Shown: positions 40,711 to 54,180, counted from the whole stretch's first letter. The stretch: DNA of 63,352 nucleotides, filler included, from Octopus bimaculoides (GCF_001194135.2; 6 parts of 5 records of this genome joined end to end with filler, not necessarily neighbours in it), one strand, 5' to 3'. Translations and numbers: made by a program. Notes: generated from the sequence alone by a model not told the origin.

Positions 40711-43189
40711 GGGTTCAATCTCCTCCTATTTATCAAAGTCCTATATACATATGCATATAAACTTACATATATATCTCATCCCTATCACATCTTCATCTTT
40801 TCTCTCTCTAGCTAAAGTAGCACGTTTCTCCTCTAACTTTTTGTTCCTCAATACCACTCTTCTCTATAAAAACCATGCTAAAGCAGAGCTTCATGCAGTC
40901 TTTTGACTTGCCAGATCCTGTCAAACCATCCAACCCATGCCAGCATGGGAAACGGACATTAAATGATGATGCTCAATATCAAGTGAATGAGAAAGAAACA
41001 TTCAATACATATAGAGGATATGGTTTTTAACTGTAACTGAAACTGAGAGCCTTTATCGCGACTTGAATGTCATGCTACTGTAGTCTTCAGGCAAGGCTTG
41101 CCCAAAGATCACAGTGGCATGAAACTAGTTGCGAAACAAACTCTCAGCTTCAGTATTAATAAAAAAGACTATATATATATACATATATATATATATCCAC
41201 ATGTATACATACACATATACATTATATATATCCACACACACACACAAACATGTATACATGTAGAAGTAAAAGGAACTTTTTACACATTTTTTTTACATTT
41301 ATATATGCGTGTATGTATACACACACAGGTGGCAGTGGGGTGGGGGCTGATATAGTCATCCTGTACCACTTCGATGATTAAAGAAAGAAACATTTATTCC
41401 AATGAAGTTGATTTTATTTGAGTATCATAGTTCACCATGATTATCTCAGCTAGATCATAATCTATTGCAGCAATCTGTTTCAATGGTCTCAATTACAACT
41501 CAGGTTAAATATACTATATTCAACAGAACCAATGAATATCTAAACCAATAATCTAAGAGCTTAATCTTATCTTGAGGTTGATGTTCAATTGCGTGTTCGA
41601 CAAACGTAATATATTAAGGTCGATTACAAATAACCAAGTAACTAGATACAAATTATTTTAATTTAACTTTAAAATGGGAAAACACCTAAATATCTAGTTC
41701 GTTTTCAATAAAATACATAATTTTAGATTAACTAGCTTGATAAAGCGGTAGGTTTATTGTAATTCACAAACATTAAACCTAGCTTTGGAGGATAACTTGT
41801 TTAAATAAAGATAATTATATCAAAATTGGCACTATTTAACATTCAAAATTAAACTTTGGTCTTTCCGAGTCATCATTCTAATATAAAAAGATCTAACATT
41901 GTATTTCTTGTGTACTATTACACAGAAATAATTTACAGACTAACGAGGTTATAAGAGAAAGTGAAATTTAGCTAAAGCAAGCTTTGGTAGGGAAAGATTT
42001 ACTTAGTGATTTTGACTAAAAAATCATTTCCTTTCTTCAGTTAATTCCCTTCTATCCAATCTTTGAACAATTTAAGAGAATTTCTATTTAAACTCTAAAT
42101 CTCAACTGCTTATTCATGTATGTCTTTAATCAAGGGATACATTTTAAAGCATGTTATGAGACTGACATTTCTTTGCATGATATATAGTGATGCTTAACAA
42201 TAAGATCAATCAATAAAAACTTTACGAGACAGATTTCGCCCTCACCTACGAATTATAACAACAAATGTTAGACCACTAATAGGTCTATAAAGTTTCCATA
42301 GTCAAAATATACATTAGAATTAAGATCATCACTCATAAAATTGTCATTGACGGTACCTAACAGGTTTGATTTCATGTAATATAAATAATTTTATTTTGAA
42401 TAGTGTGCAGTAGAGAATTTATTTTCAGGAAAACGGAATTGTCCATTAAAACATCAATAATCGTATGATACATTACAAATAATAGTTTCAATATATTTTA
42501 GTTTAATAATTTCTGTCGATCTTGAAATAACAATTCCTGCTGTGGTTTAAATTAAAATTCTTAAACTATCTAGTTATAAATGTACATTTTGTGGTTTGGC
42601 CTGTCTTTGTAAAAAAACACTACATATATATATTGAAACTATTATTTGTAATGTATCATACGATTCTTGATGTTTTAATGGACAATTAGATTCATTAAAA
42701 CAGTATAGAATACTATTGTGTTGCTATGTAAAGCAACAGAACTAATGGATATTTAGTAGGAATTTTCGTCGGTTCTAAATTTGCACAATAATTGTGGACT
42801 GTATATTGCATGTTATTTTGATTACAAATCTTCACGAGATTCATCGCTAACTTACGTGAAAGGGAAAACAGCAAACATTTGCCAAATAGATTTGTAGATT
42901 GCTAGGAAGGACAAGAATAAAGAATTCCACCGATCATTAACTACTAAATAATACTGAACGAAGAAAACATTTGCTAATCAGAATGGCAATGTTTTGTTTT
43001 GTTTTATCGTTGAACACTTCTTTTATAATTAACAAAGTAAAATGACTTCCATTTTTTGTCTTGTATATATTTAAAAAATTAACTCACTCGTTTCTAAGTA
43101 TTCATGTATTTTCTTCCGAGATAGGTTATGTAAATGAAGATAAGCGAAAACAATTGTTCCAGGAGAGAGGAAAAGAAATTAAGTAACGA

Positions 43190-43420
43190 AGTCGACTATC
43201 ACTGGAGGACCAACTATGGCGCCGCGCTCAGTTTCATATACTTCCGTTAACTGTCCCCGGTTTCAACATAATGCAAAACTCTAAAACATTACCCGGTTGC
43301 AGCTTCTACTTCCGCCTACTTCTGCGCAGTTTATATCAAGTTTTTGTTTGTTTTTGTTAATTAAAGACAAAAAAACTAGTTCCAAGAAATTGTTGGTTTA
43401 CGCCGGGAAAAAAATTCAGT
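43190..43420. promoter_or_regulatory. Candidate CpG-rich promoter patch
   Basis: Local CpG cluster in AT-rich unique sequence; YY1-like ATGGCG at 43216-43221 and ETS-like ACTTCCG at 43240-43246 and 43308-43314. Motif inference only. Confidence 0.45.
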
Positions 43421-43902
43421 TTAAATAATTCTTTAAAATATAATAAATTCCTGTGCTTGAGAAGAAGGGCTGTTTCGGTCAATGACATTCGAAGAAGAAA
43501 TTTGGTCTCTTTCCTTCTTGTTTTCTATTTACATGTTTGTGTTTGTTGACATTTTTAAACAAAGCAAAATGTGCGAATATTAAGAGTACACATATCAGAA
43601 TTAAAATGTGAACTCTTTGACTCACCCCGTTGATACTTCTCTATGTATGTATATATATATATATATTATTTATATTTATATATTTATATATTTGATCCTT
43701 TATATTGAACACTCAATATTTCATCTACATTCAATACTTTCTTTCATGGTGCCATCCATTTTTATTTTATTTTATTTTATATTATATATTGTATATTATA
43801 TTATATATTGTATATTCCATATTCTATACCCCACATTGGTTCTGCAGGAATATAAATAAAACATAAAAAACAGACAGTGTTGGAACTCTTTTAAACAAAA
43901 TA

Positions 43903-43939
<37 letters not shown>

Positions 43940-45369
43940 CGCGCGCGCGCGCGCGCAAAACTACAACTGGACAGATAGACAGATGGATAGATCGAAAAAA
44001 GTAAATTGCATGATTTGTGTGTAAGTTTAAAAATCTGAATTTTGAATGCCTTCAGTTTATATTGAAAGCATAGCTGCTCTAATTGTTGTACGCCACTCTT
44101 TTACACATTACTATATATATAACCGTGCGTTTTAATTAATTGAGTGTTTTGGGCGTTATGAATAATCTCTGCATGCCTTCTCGTATATAATATGGTCGAC
44201 ACAGTTGATGTTCAATTTGAACTTGTGGACGTGTAAGAAGAGTAAATGGGTTAAGCGAAAATAAGGGTGACGAATCTATCTGTTGTGCTTGGGTGAATGT
44301 ACTATACAGCTAACTAGTTCAGAGAAGTGGCCGTTGTCATAACAGTTTTATTATTTATTTATTTTTTGTTTTAGTCTGGAGGAAGAGGACAGGTCACTCT
44401 ATGGTCGTATGAGATTGACATAATTGATATTCGGAAGAATCTGCAAATTAATGGTTGCATGCAAACCATGTGCAATAAAGGGTTCGAGATAGTTGATATC
44501 TGATGAGGAAGGATTTGGAAAAGTGGTTTTGAGAGTCTAGTGAATCTTGCAAGCATGAAGTGGATTCGATCCACCATAGCCAAATTTATATTACAGTTCA
44601 ACAGAACTTTTCTCACGGTGAAACAATGGTTTTTTCAGTGACAGCAATTTTATATATGCCAGATGCCTTTAGCTCGGCCGAAATAATATCTTCACCACTT
44701 GACCCTTTTTAACCTCTTCTATTTCACCAAAGGCGAGAATTAAGATAACAAGACCACCAACTAAATCTATTGTTCTCAATGATATGTCTATCCTTCTGGA
44801 TAGTTATAAAAACAAGAACCCTCAAGCAAAAGACAGTCCCTTGGTGATAACTCAACCAGTTAGTAACTTGTTGACAACTCAATCAGTTAATGAATGACAA
44901 ACTCGATTCAGAGACAGCTACCATCAGTTTGGGAGCAGAACGCTAGAATCATGATCCAAAGCAAAGCAGCTACTAAAGACAAGGGTCAAATGGAGAAATG
45001 AAATTTACTGTCAGCAGCTATGAGACTCAACTTTGCACACTCTTTCACTTTCACTAACTCACTTTATCTTCTCTGCACATTACCATATCTCTTTCTGTGG
45101 TTTACTACCACAATACGAACACACAGGCTGAAATTACCTTTTTTCTTCGCACGCTCTAGGATTTTATCACCTGCCCGTCGAGGCAAGGTATCATATTCAA
45201 TGTAACGGTAAATAAATATTTTCTTCACAACTTCAATCACTGTTCTTTCATCTTTAACATAATGGCTATCACCGAAGAACCAATCCTTACACACTGATTA
45301 CGACTCCAACATTCCATCCTACTGTGTATCGACTATCGTCTTCCCATATTATTGTTTACTAAATAATAT

Positions 45370-46430
45370 CACCCGTTACAAGGGGCCTGGGAGCACGGTA
45401 AACACAATATGGATGATGAGAAGAGGAGAAGCAAGTGAGTTGGATGAACCTGAATGGAGATGGATCAAAATCAATCAACTCCAAGGAGCAGAAGCCACTC
45501 TAATAGTTTTAGAAGCAGGAGTTGAGTGTGAAAATAGCATATCTCTGATACATTGGCTGGATTGTGTTGGTCAGTGGGATGGGTGTAATGCTGTCTAAAA
45601 TGTCTGGATGCGTACCAGCAACACCGCCCCAGATATGGGAGCAATATTCCATTGTGGATCTCAACTGGGCTTTGTGTAAGTTCAGTAGCTATTGGGAGCT
45701 GGAGAGTATTTTATGGTTCTGAAGAGAAGGCTAGCCTCTGTCGTTCAGTTTTGGCTATAGGTTGTAAGGTCACCAAGAATGATCATGAGTATTAGTATTT
45801 GTAGCAACTCTGAGGATTTTAGATACATGAAGAGACAGAAGAAACATCCGCTAGCTGCTGTAACATATTGGTGACTGAGTTTTTGCCAGTCAACCTGATA
45901 GTCTTGTCTAGGATATTTATTTGCATAGCAGCAGTATTACCTTAAATATATATGGAATTGTTGTTGTTGGCACTCCGTCGCTTACGACGTCGAGGGTTCC
46001 AGTTGATCCGATCAACGGAACAGCCTGCTCGTGAAATTAACGTGCAAGTGGCTGAGCACTCCACAGACACGTGTACCCTTAACGTAGTTCTCGGGGATAT
46101 TCAACGTGACACAGTGTGACAAGGCTGACCCTTTGAATTACAGGCACAACAGAAACAGGAAGAAAGAGTGAGAGAAAGTTGTGGTGAAAGAGTACAGCAG
46201 GGTTCGCCACCATCCCCTGCCGGAGCCTCGTGGAGCTTTAGGTGTTTTCGCTCAATAAACACTCACAACGCCCGGTCTGGGAATCGAAACTGCGATCCTA
46301 TGACCGCGAGTCCGCTGCCCTAACCACTGGGCCATTGCGCCTCCACATATATGGAATATATTTGAGTTTTGTAGAGAATCTACAGTTGGTTGAACTCTTC
46401 TCTGACCTCAATGAGAAGACCTAGTCCCAT
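45370..46430 (-). mobile_element. Degraded CR1/Zenon-like LINE remnant, interrupted by a SINE
   Basis: Minus strand LLNLHKAQLRSTMEYCSHIWGG and SPFRFIQLTCFSSSHHPYCV match the LYKAQxRPxMEYCSHxWGG and SHPYxV C-terminal motifs; an APE-like IILGDL lies upstream. Confidence 0.7.
45959..46346 (-). mobile_element. Full-length tRNA-derived SINE family C with (CAA)n tail
   Basis: A box TGGCCCAGTGG and B box GTTTCGATTCC; 11-bp TSD ATATATGGAAT at 45948-45958 and 46347-46357. Confidence 0.93.
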
Positions 46431-46724
46431 GCGATGTAGTTTCAGCAGTGTAATGATAAGAGGTTAAGTATTTAACATTTGAAGGAACTTTTATGATTTT
46501 ACCAGTGTGTCGTGCAAAACTTGTGGACGTGCATAAATTATATTCACGTACACACACACACACCTTGGCTTTTATAGATATGGATATATGACGCACACAC
46601 ATGTTAACATATAAATAAAATCTCTTAAACATTCTACCCGGTTGTGCCTCTCTTTTCCTTCTGGCACATATACGCATTTATTCTTTTCATATTTATTGTA
46701 TCGACTGTGTGATGTGCAAAGGAG

Positions 46725-47770
46725 CCATTCTCGTCACCTCACTTTGCATTGTCATTTACACATTTGAGGGGATTGAGGAAACAGTCGACAGGTTTGCTGC
46801 GGCAGCTTGCGTATTTGGACTGACTATCAGCATCAAGAAGACTGAAGTTTTATTCCAACGTAGGCCTAGCTCAGGACATACTCAAGATTGAAACGTAATG
46901 ATAGACAAGCCACTCAAATGGGTCAGGTCATTTAAATATCCTGGAAGTACAGCAAATTTGAAGGGTGCTCTTGACGAGGAAATCAATGTTTGAATATGTA
47001 TGGCTGCATGTGTTTTAGGAAAACTTTGCCATGGTTTGTGGGATGAATACGGTGTCAATCTGAAAACTAAAATAAGTGTATGCAAATCTTGTATTTTGAG
47101 CACATTTTGTACGGAGCAGAAGCATGGACTCCCTACTACAGACATATAAAGAAATTTAAAAATTTCACATGTGCTGTGTGCGCAATATCTGCAATATAAA
47201 ATGACAAGATATCAAATGTCAACATCTTTGAAAAATGTTGTATCTCCAGCATCCAAAGTATACTGCCGAGAATTCGGCTCAGATGGGTAGAACATGTTCG
47301 AATGAAAAATGACCGCATTCCCAAAATTCTTTTGTATGGCCAACAAATGGAGGGATATCGCTGCGAAGGAAGACCTGTCCTTAGGTATAAGGATAAGTTG
47401 AAGCAATCTCTACAGCTTAACTCGACATCTTGGGAAGGTCATTGACTAGGTCGATCAACATGGCGCAAAATTTGTCATGATGTATCAAAACAATTTGAGT
47501 TGAAAAAGAACAATAGAAGAATTATATCCTGGAACCAACACACATATTTACCCAATCCCAGATAAACCAAAAATCATCAATGTCCTCACCATTGAGACTT
47601 CATAGCAAAATCCATACCTGGACTCAAATTACATTCACGCATCCATCGCAAATAGATGGTTCTTAGTTTTTTTTTTACTCTTTACTCTCTTATTTTAATT
47701 TTTATTTACCAATCTCTTTAACTTTAAATCCTCTCCTCCAAACACTCATACGTCGAAATCGACTATCTTA
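46725..47770 (+). mobile_element. RTE-BovB-type LINE 3' portion, pseudogenised
   Basis: VDRFAAAACVFGLTISIKKTEVLFQ, FKYPGST, LYGAEAWT, RLRWVEHV-RMKNDRIPKILLYG and GRPVLRYKDKLK in BovB order; several stops and frameshifts. Confidence 0.88.
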
Positions 47771-47781
47771 TATATATATAT

Positions 47782-47815
<34 letters not shown>

Positions 47816-47881
47816 AAGAGTAAGTGGGTGACGAAGTTTACCTAAACATTGAATGAGTAAACAATCTATCATAATTATATA

Positions 47882-48150
47882 CATCATCATCATCGTTTAA
47901 CGCCTGCTTTCCATGCTGGCATGGGTTGGACGGTTTGACTGAAGACTGGCAAACCAGGAGGCTGCAATGAGGCTCCAGTCTGTTCTGGCAAGGTTTCTAC
48001 AGCTGGATGCCCTTCCTAACGCCAACCACTCCGACAATGTAGTGGGTGCTTTTCAAGTGCCACTGGTACGGGGGCCAATCAGATGACACTGGCATCGATC
48101 ACGCTCGAATGGTACTTATTACGTGCCGCCAGCACTGGCATCGGGATTAT
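47882..48150 (-). mobile_element. Family E (RTE-tail) SINE-like copy
   Basis: CATCATCATCGTTTAACG...TTTCCATGCTGGCATGGGTTGGACGG...CTGGATGCCCTTCCTAACGCCAACCAC...GGGTGCTTTT. Confidence 0.85.
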
Positions 48151-48386
48151 TATATATGTAGTGAAACTACCTATCGCCATTAGATACAAAACTACCTATC
48201 GCCATTCTTCTCATTTAAATATAAACACGCGCGGGCGTAGCGGAGGATCTATCTCCTTGTCATCACGTGACTGATTAATATTCCAAGCGGCAACTTCTTC
48301 GAACCGTTCCCGCCAGAACGCAAACTGACCAATCACGGCCCCTAATAAGGTCACGTCATAGAGTATTTTTCTGAAGCCTTCGGGAG

Positions 48387-48486
48387 NNNNNNNNNNNNNN
48401 NNNNNNNNNNNNNNNNNNNNNNNNNNNNNNTTAATTAATTAANNNNNNNNNNNNNNNNNNNNNNNNNNNNNNNNNNNNNNNNNNNN
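48387..48486. other. Artificial scaffold spacer (44 N + TTAATTAATTAA + 44 N)
   Basis: Same layout as 15381-15480. Confidence 0.95.
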
Positions 48487-48557
48487 GAAAGCTAACGATG
48501 TCCTAAAGACCCAATAATAGTTATGTATGTGTTTTTTCGTGTTTTATTCGAAAGGTA

Positions 48558-48643
48558 ACCACTCCTGAAGAAGTGCCAAACGTCTAAATCCAATGGACCA
48601 GTCACTGGATAAGTTTGGCACAGAAATGTTAACATAGAGTGGT
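48558..48643 (+). ncRNA. Type I hammerhead ribozyme (Penelope-like element type)
   Basis: Stem I ACCACTC(48558-64)/GAGTGGT(48637-43); CUGAAGA at 48565-71; stem II GTGCCAAAC(48573-81)/GTTTGGCAC(48613-21); GAAA at 48623-26; palindromic stem III ATGTTAACAT(48626-35); AUA cleavage triplet at 48634-36; AATAAA just downstream. Confidence 0.75.
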
Positions 48644-48827
48644 GAATAAATCGATATATCGAATTTGAAGTCTCTGTCTCTTTTGAATATGAAAATTTAA
48701 AAGTTTAAAAATCTTATGATATAAATATAAACTGTGAGAACGACCCTTAAGGAATCTAATTAATGATCTCCTAAGGTAAGTTCTTATGCTATATTGGTAA
48801 CGGTTGCTACATCCTCTGGAAAAAAAT

Positions 48828-48868
<41 letters not shown>

Positions 48869-50029
48869 ATGCGTGGCTGCTTCGCATTTATGGTAATATA
48901 TATGTACTACAAAATGGCTAATGTGCTAAATTTAACAGAATATTCATTTCTATAACGGAGGTACCGTGAAAGCGTTTATGTGTGCAACCATGCATTCACA
49001 GTTGCACACACGGCCACACTTAGCACTCTCTTTGTTTCTGTCTGTCTGTCTCTTTCTCTCTCTGTCCCTCTGTCTCTCTCTCTCTCTCTCTCATACAAAC
49101 TCAGGCGTACGCAGTAGAACACACACATATTTAAACACACCAATGTATTTATGTTTTAATATATTTACGTGTGTATGTATTTATATTTATATATATATAT
49201 ATACACACACACAATTATGACTTATATATGTATGTATATGTATATACATATAGATTAATATTGATATACTATAATATGAAATAATACTATATACATTTGT
49301 AGATCTGTGTGTCTGTATATGCTTTCATGTGTATTGAGTGTGCCTGCATGTAATATATGCGTTTCCGAGAAGTTAATTCACCTGTTCCTCTGCTCCCATA
49401 TCGCCCAGCATAATACTCCTTGAGTATTTCCGAGAATACAATGCAGATTAAGAGATCACACAGAATTCGAGTTAACGCCCATATTCAAATTTTTATTTCT
49501 TTGTGGTCAAAGTCGATAATCTAATGACTTTTATTACTACTTGTTTACGTATCGTAGCTCAGTATCACTATCGGTTTAATCTTGCCTCTACAGAGACGAT
49601 GGACTTTTATGCAATACTGCTCCTATTGTGTCGTTTCTATTGCTTTTGGTATTGTTGCCCTAAGGCATCCCTTAATGACCTAGAAAACATGTGGTGAAAG
49701 GGAGCGAAGTCATGGTTATCCATTCGTGTTATTAAAATGATATATATCGGGCAAAATTTGATATATTTTTAGCATTTTACTTTTTTACGTCATTGAACTG
49801 CGACCATGCTAGAGCATCGCCTTGGACAATTTTAGTTAAATAAATCCAACATCGAACTTATTCTAAGACTTCAGCAAAAGAACCGATAGAATAAGTAACA
49901 AGCTTTAAACGTAAGTATTGGGTGTCGATTTTTTTCGACTAAAACCCTTCAAGGCAGTGACCCTGGGTAGCAAACCTCCAAAGGGGGAAAGAAATAAAAG
50001 ATTAAAGATTATTGCGTGATTTGTGAGAA

Positions 50030-50690
50030 TAATGAGTGAAAGGAAATTGAAAAGAGTGAAAATGGTAGGATCAATGAGATTTATGGGTGTTGTGAGAGCG
50101 TTGAGGAACTGGAGAGGTTTTATGGTACTGATAGGAAATTATGGGTGTATTGGAATGGAAGAAAATGACAGAGGATATAGTTAGTAGAATTTTGGTAATA
50201 ATGAATTAGCTTCCTTATGGGATCGAGAGGATTAATGTAAATCGTAAATCGGTGGAATTTGGGATTCTGAGGATAATCAGAGTAGTGGAATGATGGACGT
50301 AATAATTAATAATCTTGCGTGCGAGAATGGTATATATGCTGGGAGAGTGGAATGGTGGGATATCTGAGCTCTGAGACTCTGAACTTGTGGACTGGTTGAT
50401 GGGAGAATGTGAAGATGTAGGCAATTATGAAACGAGACGGAAACAGAGACAATGGTCACAATGGTATGGGCATAGGAATTCTGGAAGAGAAAACTGATGT
50501 GGAGGTGGAGTGGTTAATGAAAGAATGGTACAATGGTACGATAGTGGAATATCGGCAAAGGTGGAAAGAATGGAATCGTGTAAATAGCAGAATAATTGAA
50601 TAATTGAAAGGTAGAATATTTAGAAAATAGGCGCTACGAAAACGGTGGAGGGTGAAAATGAAGAGTAGGAATAGCATAATAGACTGGCAA
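50030..50690 (-). mobile_element. Probable degraded Penelope-like element (post-RT region)
   Basis: Purine-rich plus strand; minus-strand pieces such as SQSSDIPPFHSPSIYTILARKII loosely resemble the PLE linker (RIPxxLTYHP). Weak similarity. Confidence 0.35.
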
Positions 50691-51261
50691 TGGTTTAATA
50701 TGATTACTCAAAGAACGAAGAACACAAATCATAAGGCAAACAACAGATCTATTCCAAATTTCCTATGTGGAACATACATTTATAATAAAGATTTTCGGTG
50801 AAATATCCCCTGCTAGCTTTACACGAAACTATAAAATAACAAACTTTGAATGAGTAGTATTAATATAGCCTCTTAATAAATAATTCGCTTTTATGGCTAT
50901 ATACGTCACGATTATGTAGAAGATTATTATATATTGTTTATTATACACACCGGGGATATTATGTTAGAAAATGTCTAACATGCAAAGGCTTCACACGATT
51001 ATAGATTATTCAGAGGAAACGCGTTATTGATACGCACGTAGGGGTATACACATGCACAAACACACGCACATATATGTATGTATGCATGTATATATGCATG
51101 TATATGTATATATATGTATGTGTATATATATATGTATAAATATATGTATATATATTTACACACATATGTGTGTATGTGTAGCGAGAGGAGGGGTATAAGT
51201 ATAGATAATACACGCACACATATATATGTAATATGCACCTGCGTATCTATGTGTGGGTGTA

Positions 51262-51413
<152 letters not shown>

Positions 51414-51919
51414 NNNNNNNNNNNNNNNNNNNNNNNNNNNNNNNNNNNNNNNNNNNNNNNNNNNNNNNNNNNNNNNNNNNNNNNNNNNNNNNNNNNNNNN
51501 NNNNNNNNNNNNNNNNNNNNNNNNNNNNNNNNNNNNNNNNNNNNNNNNNNNNNNNNNNNNNNNNNNNNNNNNNNNNNNNNNNNNNNNNNNNNNNNNNNNN
51601 NNNNNNNNNNNNNNNNNNNNNNNNNNNNNNNNNNNNNNNNNNNNNNNNNNNNNNNNNNNNNNNNNNNNNNNNNNNNNNNNNNNNNNNNNNNNNNNNNNNN
51701 NNNNNNNNNNNNNNNNNNNNNNNNNNNNNNNNNNNNNNNNNNNNNNNNNNNNNNNNNNNNNNNNNNNNNNNNNNNNNNNNNNNNNNNNNNNNNNNNNNNN
51801 NNNNNNNNNNNNNNNNNNNNNNNNNNNNNNNNNNNNNNNNNNNNNNNNNNNNNNNNNNNNNNNNNNNNNNNNNNNNNNNNNNNNNNNNNNNNNNNNNNNN
51901 NNNNNNNNNNNNNNNNNNN

Positions 51920-51966
<47 letters not shown>

Positions 51967-52869
51967 GATGCATACATACATACATACATCTTCATCTTGA
52001 GTGAGTACGTATTCAAATACATAATGTCGAATGCAAGTTTGTGACTGAAATACAAATATATACGGCAAGAATAACATGGCAGATTCATTAGAAATATCTG
52101 TTTGGAATGAGTATTAGAATAGTCTATTTCAATACCTTTGATCTCATAATGTAACTATTACCACTACGACAGCTACACATCGACGTAGAGCCAACAAGAG
52201 AGGAGCGACTTCGTCGTAGCTCTATCCTCTACAAACAATAACCGAATCAGCCTTTTGTAGGAAGACGTAGTATTAAATATAACGGTTGGCTATACCGAAT
52301 ATCGTTCTTGTAAATGTGAAACAAAACCTAAACGAGGCAACAGTGGATTGATACTGCTGGAAGCAGCAGTTAAATATCTCTCAATGAAACTTGTAGCTTT
52401 ACATGCAATGGTCGTATGGGGGAGTATATTAATGAGATGAACAGCAAGTGGAGAGTAGTCAGCGATCGAAACCCTCTTTAAGAGGCCATTGCTCCTGCTC
52501 GATATACCAACTATATCTCACTCAAGTCGCAGCCTACTGTGGAAAGAAGTTTACTTCTGAAACACATGATTCTAGGTTCATCCCACTGCGTATACATACA
52601 TACATACATACATACATTGCGAACTGAAAACAGCTCTAGTAATGGAAACGTTATCGATCACGCATACTTAGCGCATGTATTTTGATTATACTGCAAATTT
52701 CCTGCTGTATATTGCCCAGTGAAAGCTCCTTAAACGACGCCAAGCGTTAGAGAACACCTGAATGACACAGACCAAGCGAGACAATTCACCTCGGAATCCC
52801 TGAGAATGATAGATATCAACATTCCATTATTATTGTGGTTTATCAATACTATTCACTCGGAACATCTCG

Positions 52870-53030
52870 AAACGAGTTTCTTTCAGTTTCAGTCTAATAA
52901 AATCCCCCCACAAAACCTTGATCGGCCCGAAGATATAGAAGAAGATACTTGCCCAAAGTGCCACACTGTTGGACTCAACCCGAAACCATCTGGTTGAGCA
53001 GAAAGCTTCTTACCACACAGCTACGCCTGT
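52870..53030 (-). mobile_element. SINE family A, 5' half
   Basis: Minus strand AGGCGTAGCTGTGTGGTAAGAAGC...GTGTGGCACTTTGGGCAAGTATCTT; another fragment at ~52480-52590. Confidence 0.8.
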
Positions 53031-54139
53031 ATCTAAAAATACCGCAAAGCAATTTCTTTTTTTTTTTTTGCCCGGTGTTTTGTCTCAAGCTACTGCTATC
53101 TAGCACATTCGGATGATCTCTACACGACTGCTACTCAACAACTACTGAACAGGTACTCAACTCCTCGTCCACAGCCAGACTACCTCTATTTATATGTCTT
53201 GGGAGATCCTACTTCTTCAATTGGCGGTGTCAATACAAAACCCGGGATGCTAAATGTTCTGCTAACTCGACATCTAGTTTGTTCATGACGATTTTTTCTA
53301 TAAGCAAAACAGTTGATGTTTGAGAGTTCGTGTATGTGTATGTGCGTATGTTTGTGTGTGCATGTGTATACCATTGTGCACAGCAGACGGACACAGGCTC
53401 ACTGCATGGATAAATCGGATTGTTAATGTGCAACATCTTCATCAGGTTTTCCTACTCCTGAAGGAGATAAGTTAGTATGAACAAACAACAATTTCCAACG
53501 AAAGTCAATACATAGACAGAAAACTATATATACAAGGAACACATGTGCATGTGAAGTTATAGGAGTTACATATATATTTACGGGATCTAAACATTCCTCA
53601 TCTGAATATCAGAAACAGCTGTAAATATAATCTGTAAATATAAACATCAGATCACATGTAAATGTATTGCTTACATCTATGATCGCTTGTCCATGCTTCC
53701 TCTTCATAGATGTGTATGTCTGTGTATCTGTGTATGTGTGGTTGTGTGAGTATGTGCATTAGCACGCATAACATATCAAACATGTTATATATATATGTGT
53801 ATGTATCATTGTAAAGTCTTTAAAGGAAATTGTAAGAGCGTGACAGCTACATCAGAACAGACCTATTATAGAATCTGATAATATACAGAGACGTAAAGTG
53901 AGTTGGTAACAATGAAGGGAAGATGTAAGTACGTCTGTACTGGTATATTGTATTAGGCTGAGAGAGTTTTGCTTGAGTTATTATCAAATAACCGAGGCGA
54001 ACAATAACAGTGTGTATAGTAATAAATATAGATACGCATATATATATATATGTGTGTGTGTATACGAGCGTGTGCGTGCGTCCGTACAAACATATATATG
54101 CACACATATATGCATATATATATACACACACATACATAA

Positions 54140-54180
<41 letters not shown>

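Noticed and set aside
45064-45294. 76-aa minus-strand ORF with an internal donor-like site
   Set aside because: No recognisable motif, no convincing acceptor, and it lies next to LINE debris.
46270-46345. tRNA gene (also 30470-30542)
   Set aside because: It is the tRNA-derived head of a SINE with body, tail and TSD; there is no complete cloverleaf 3' end.
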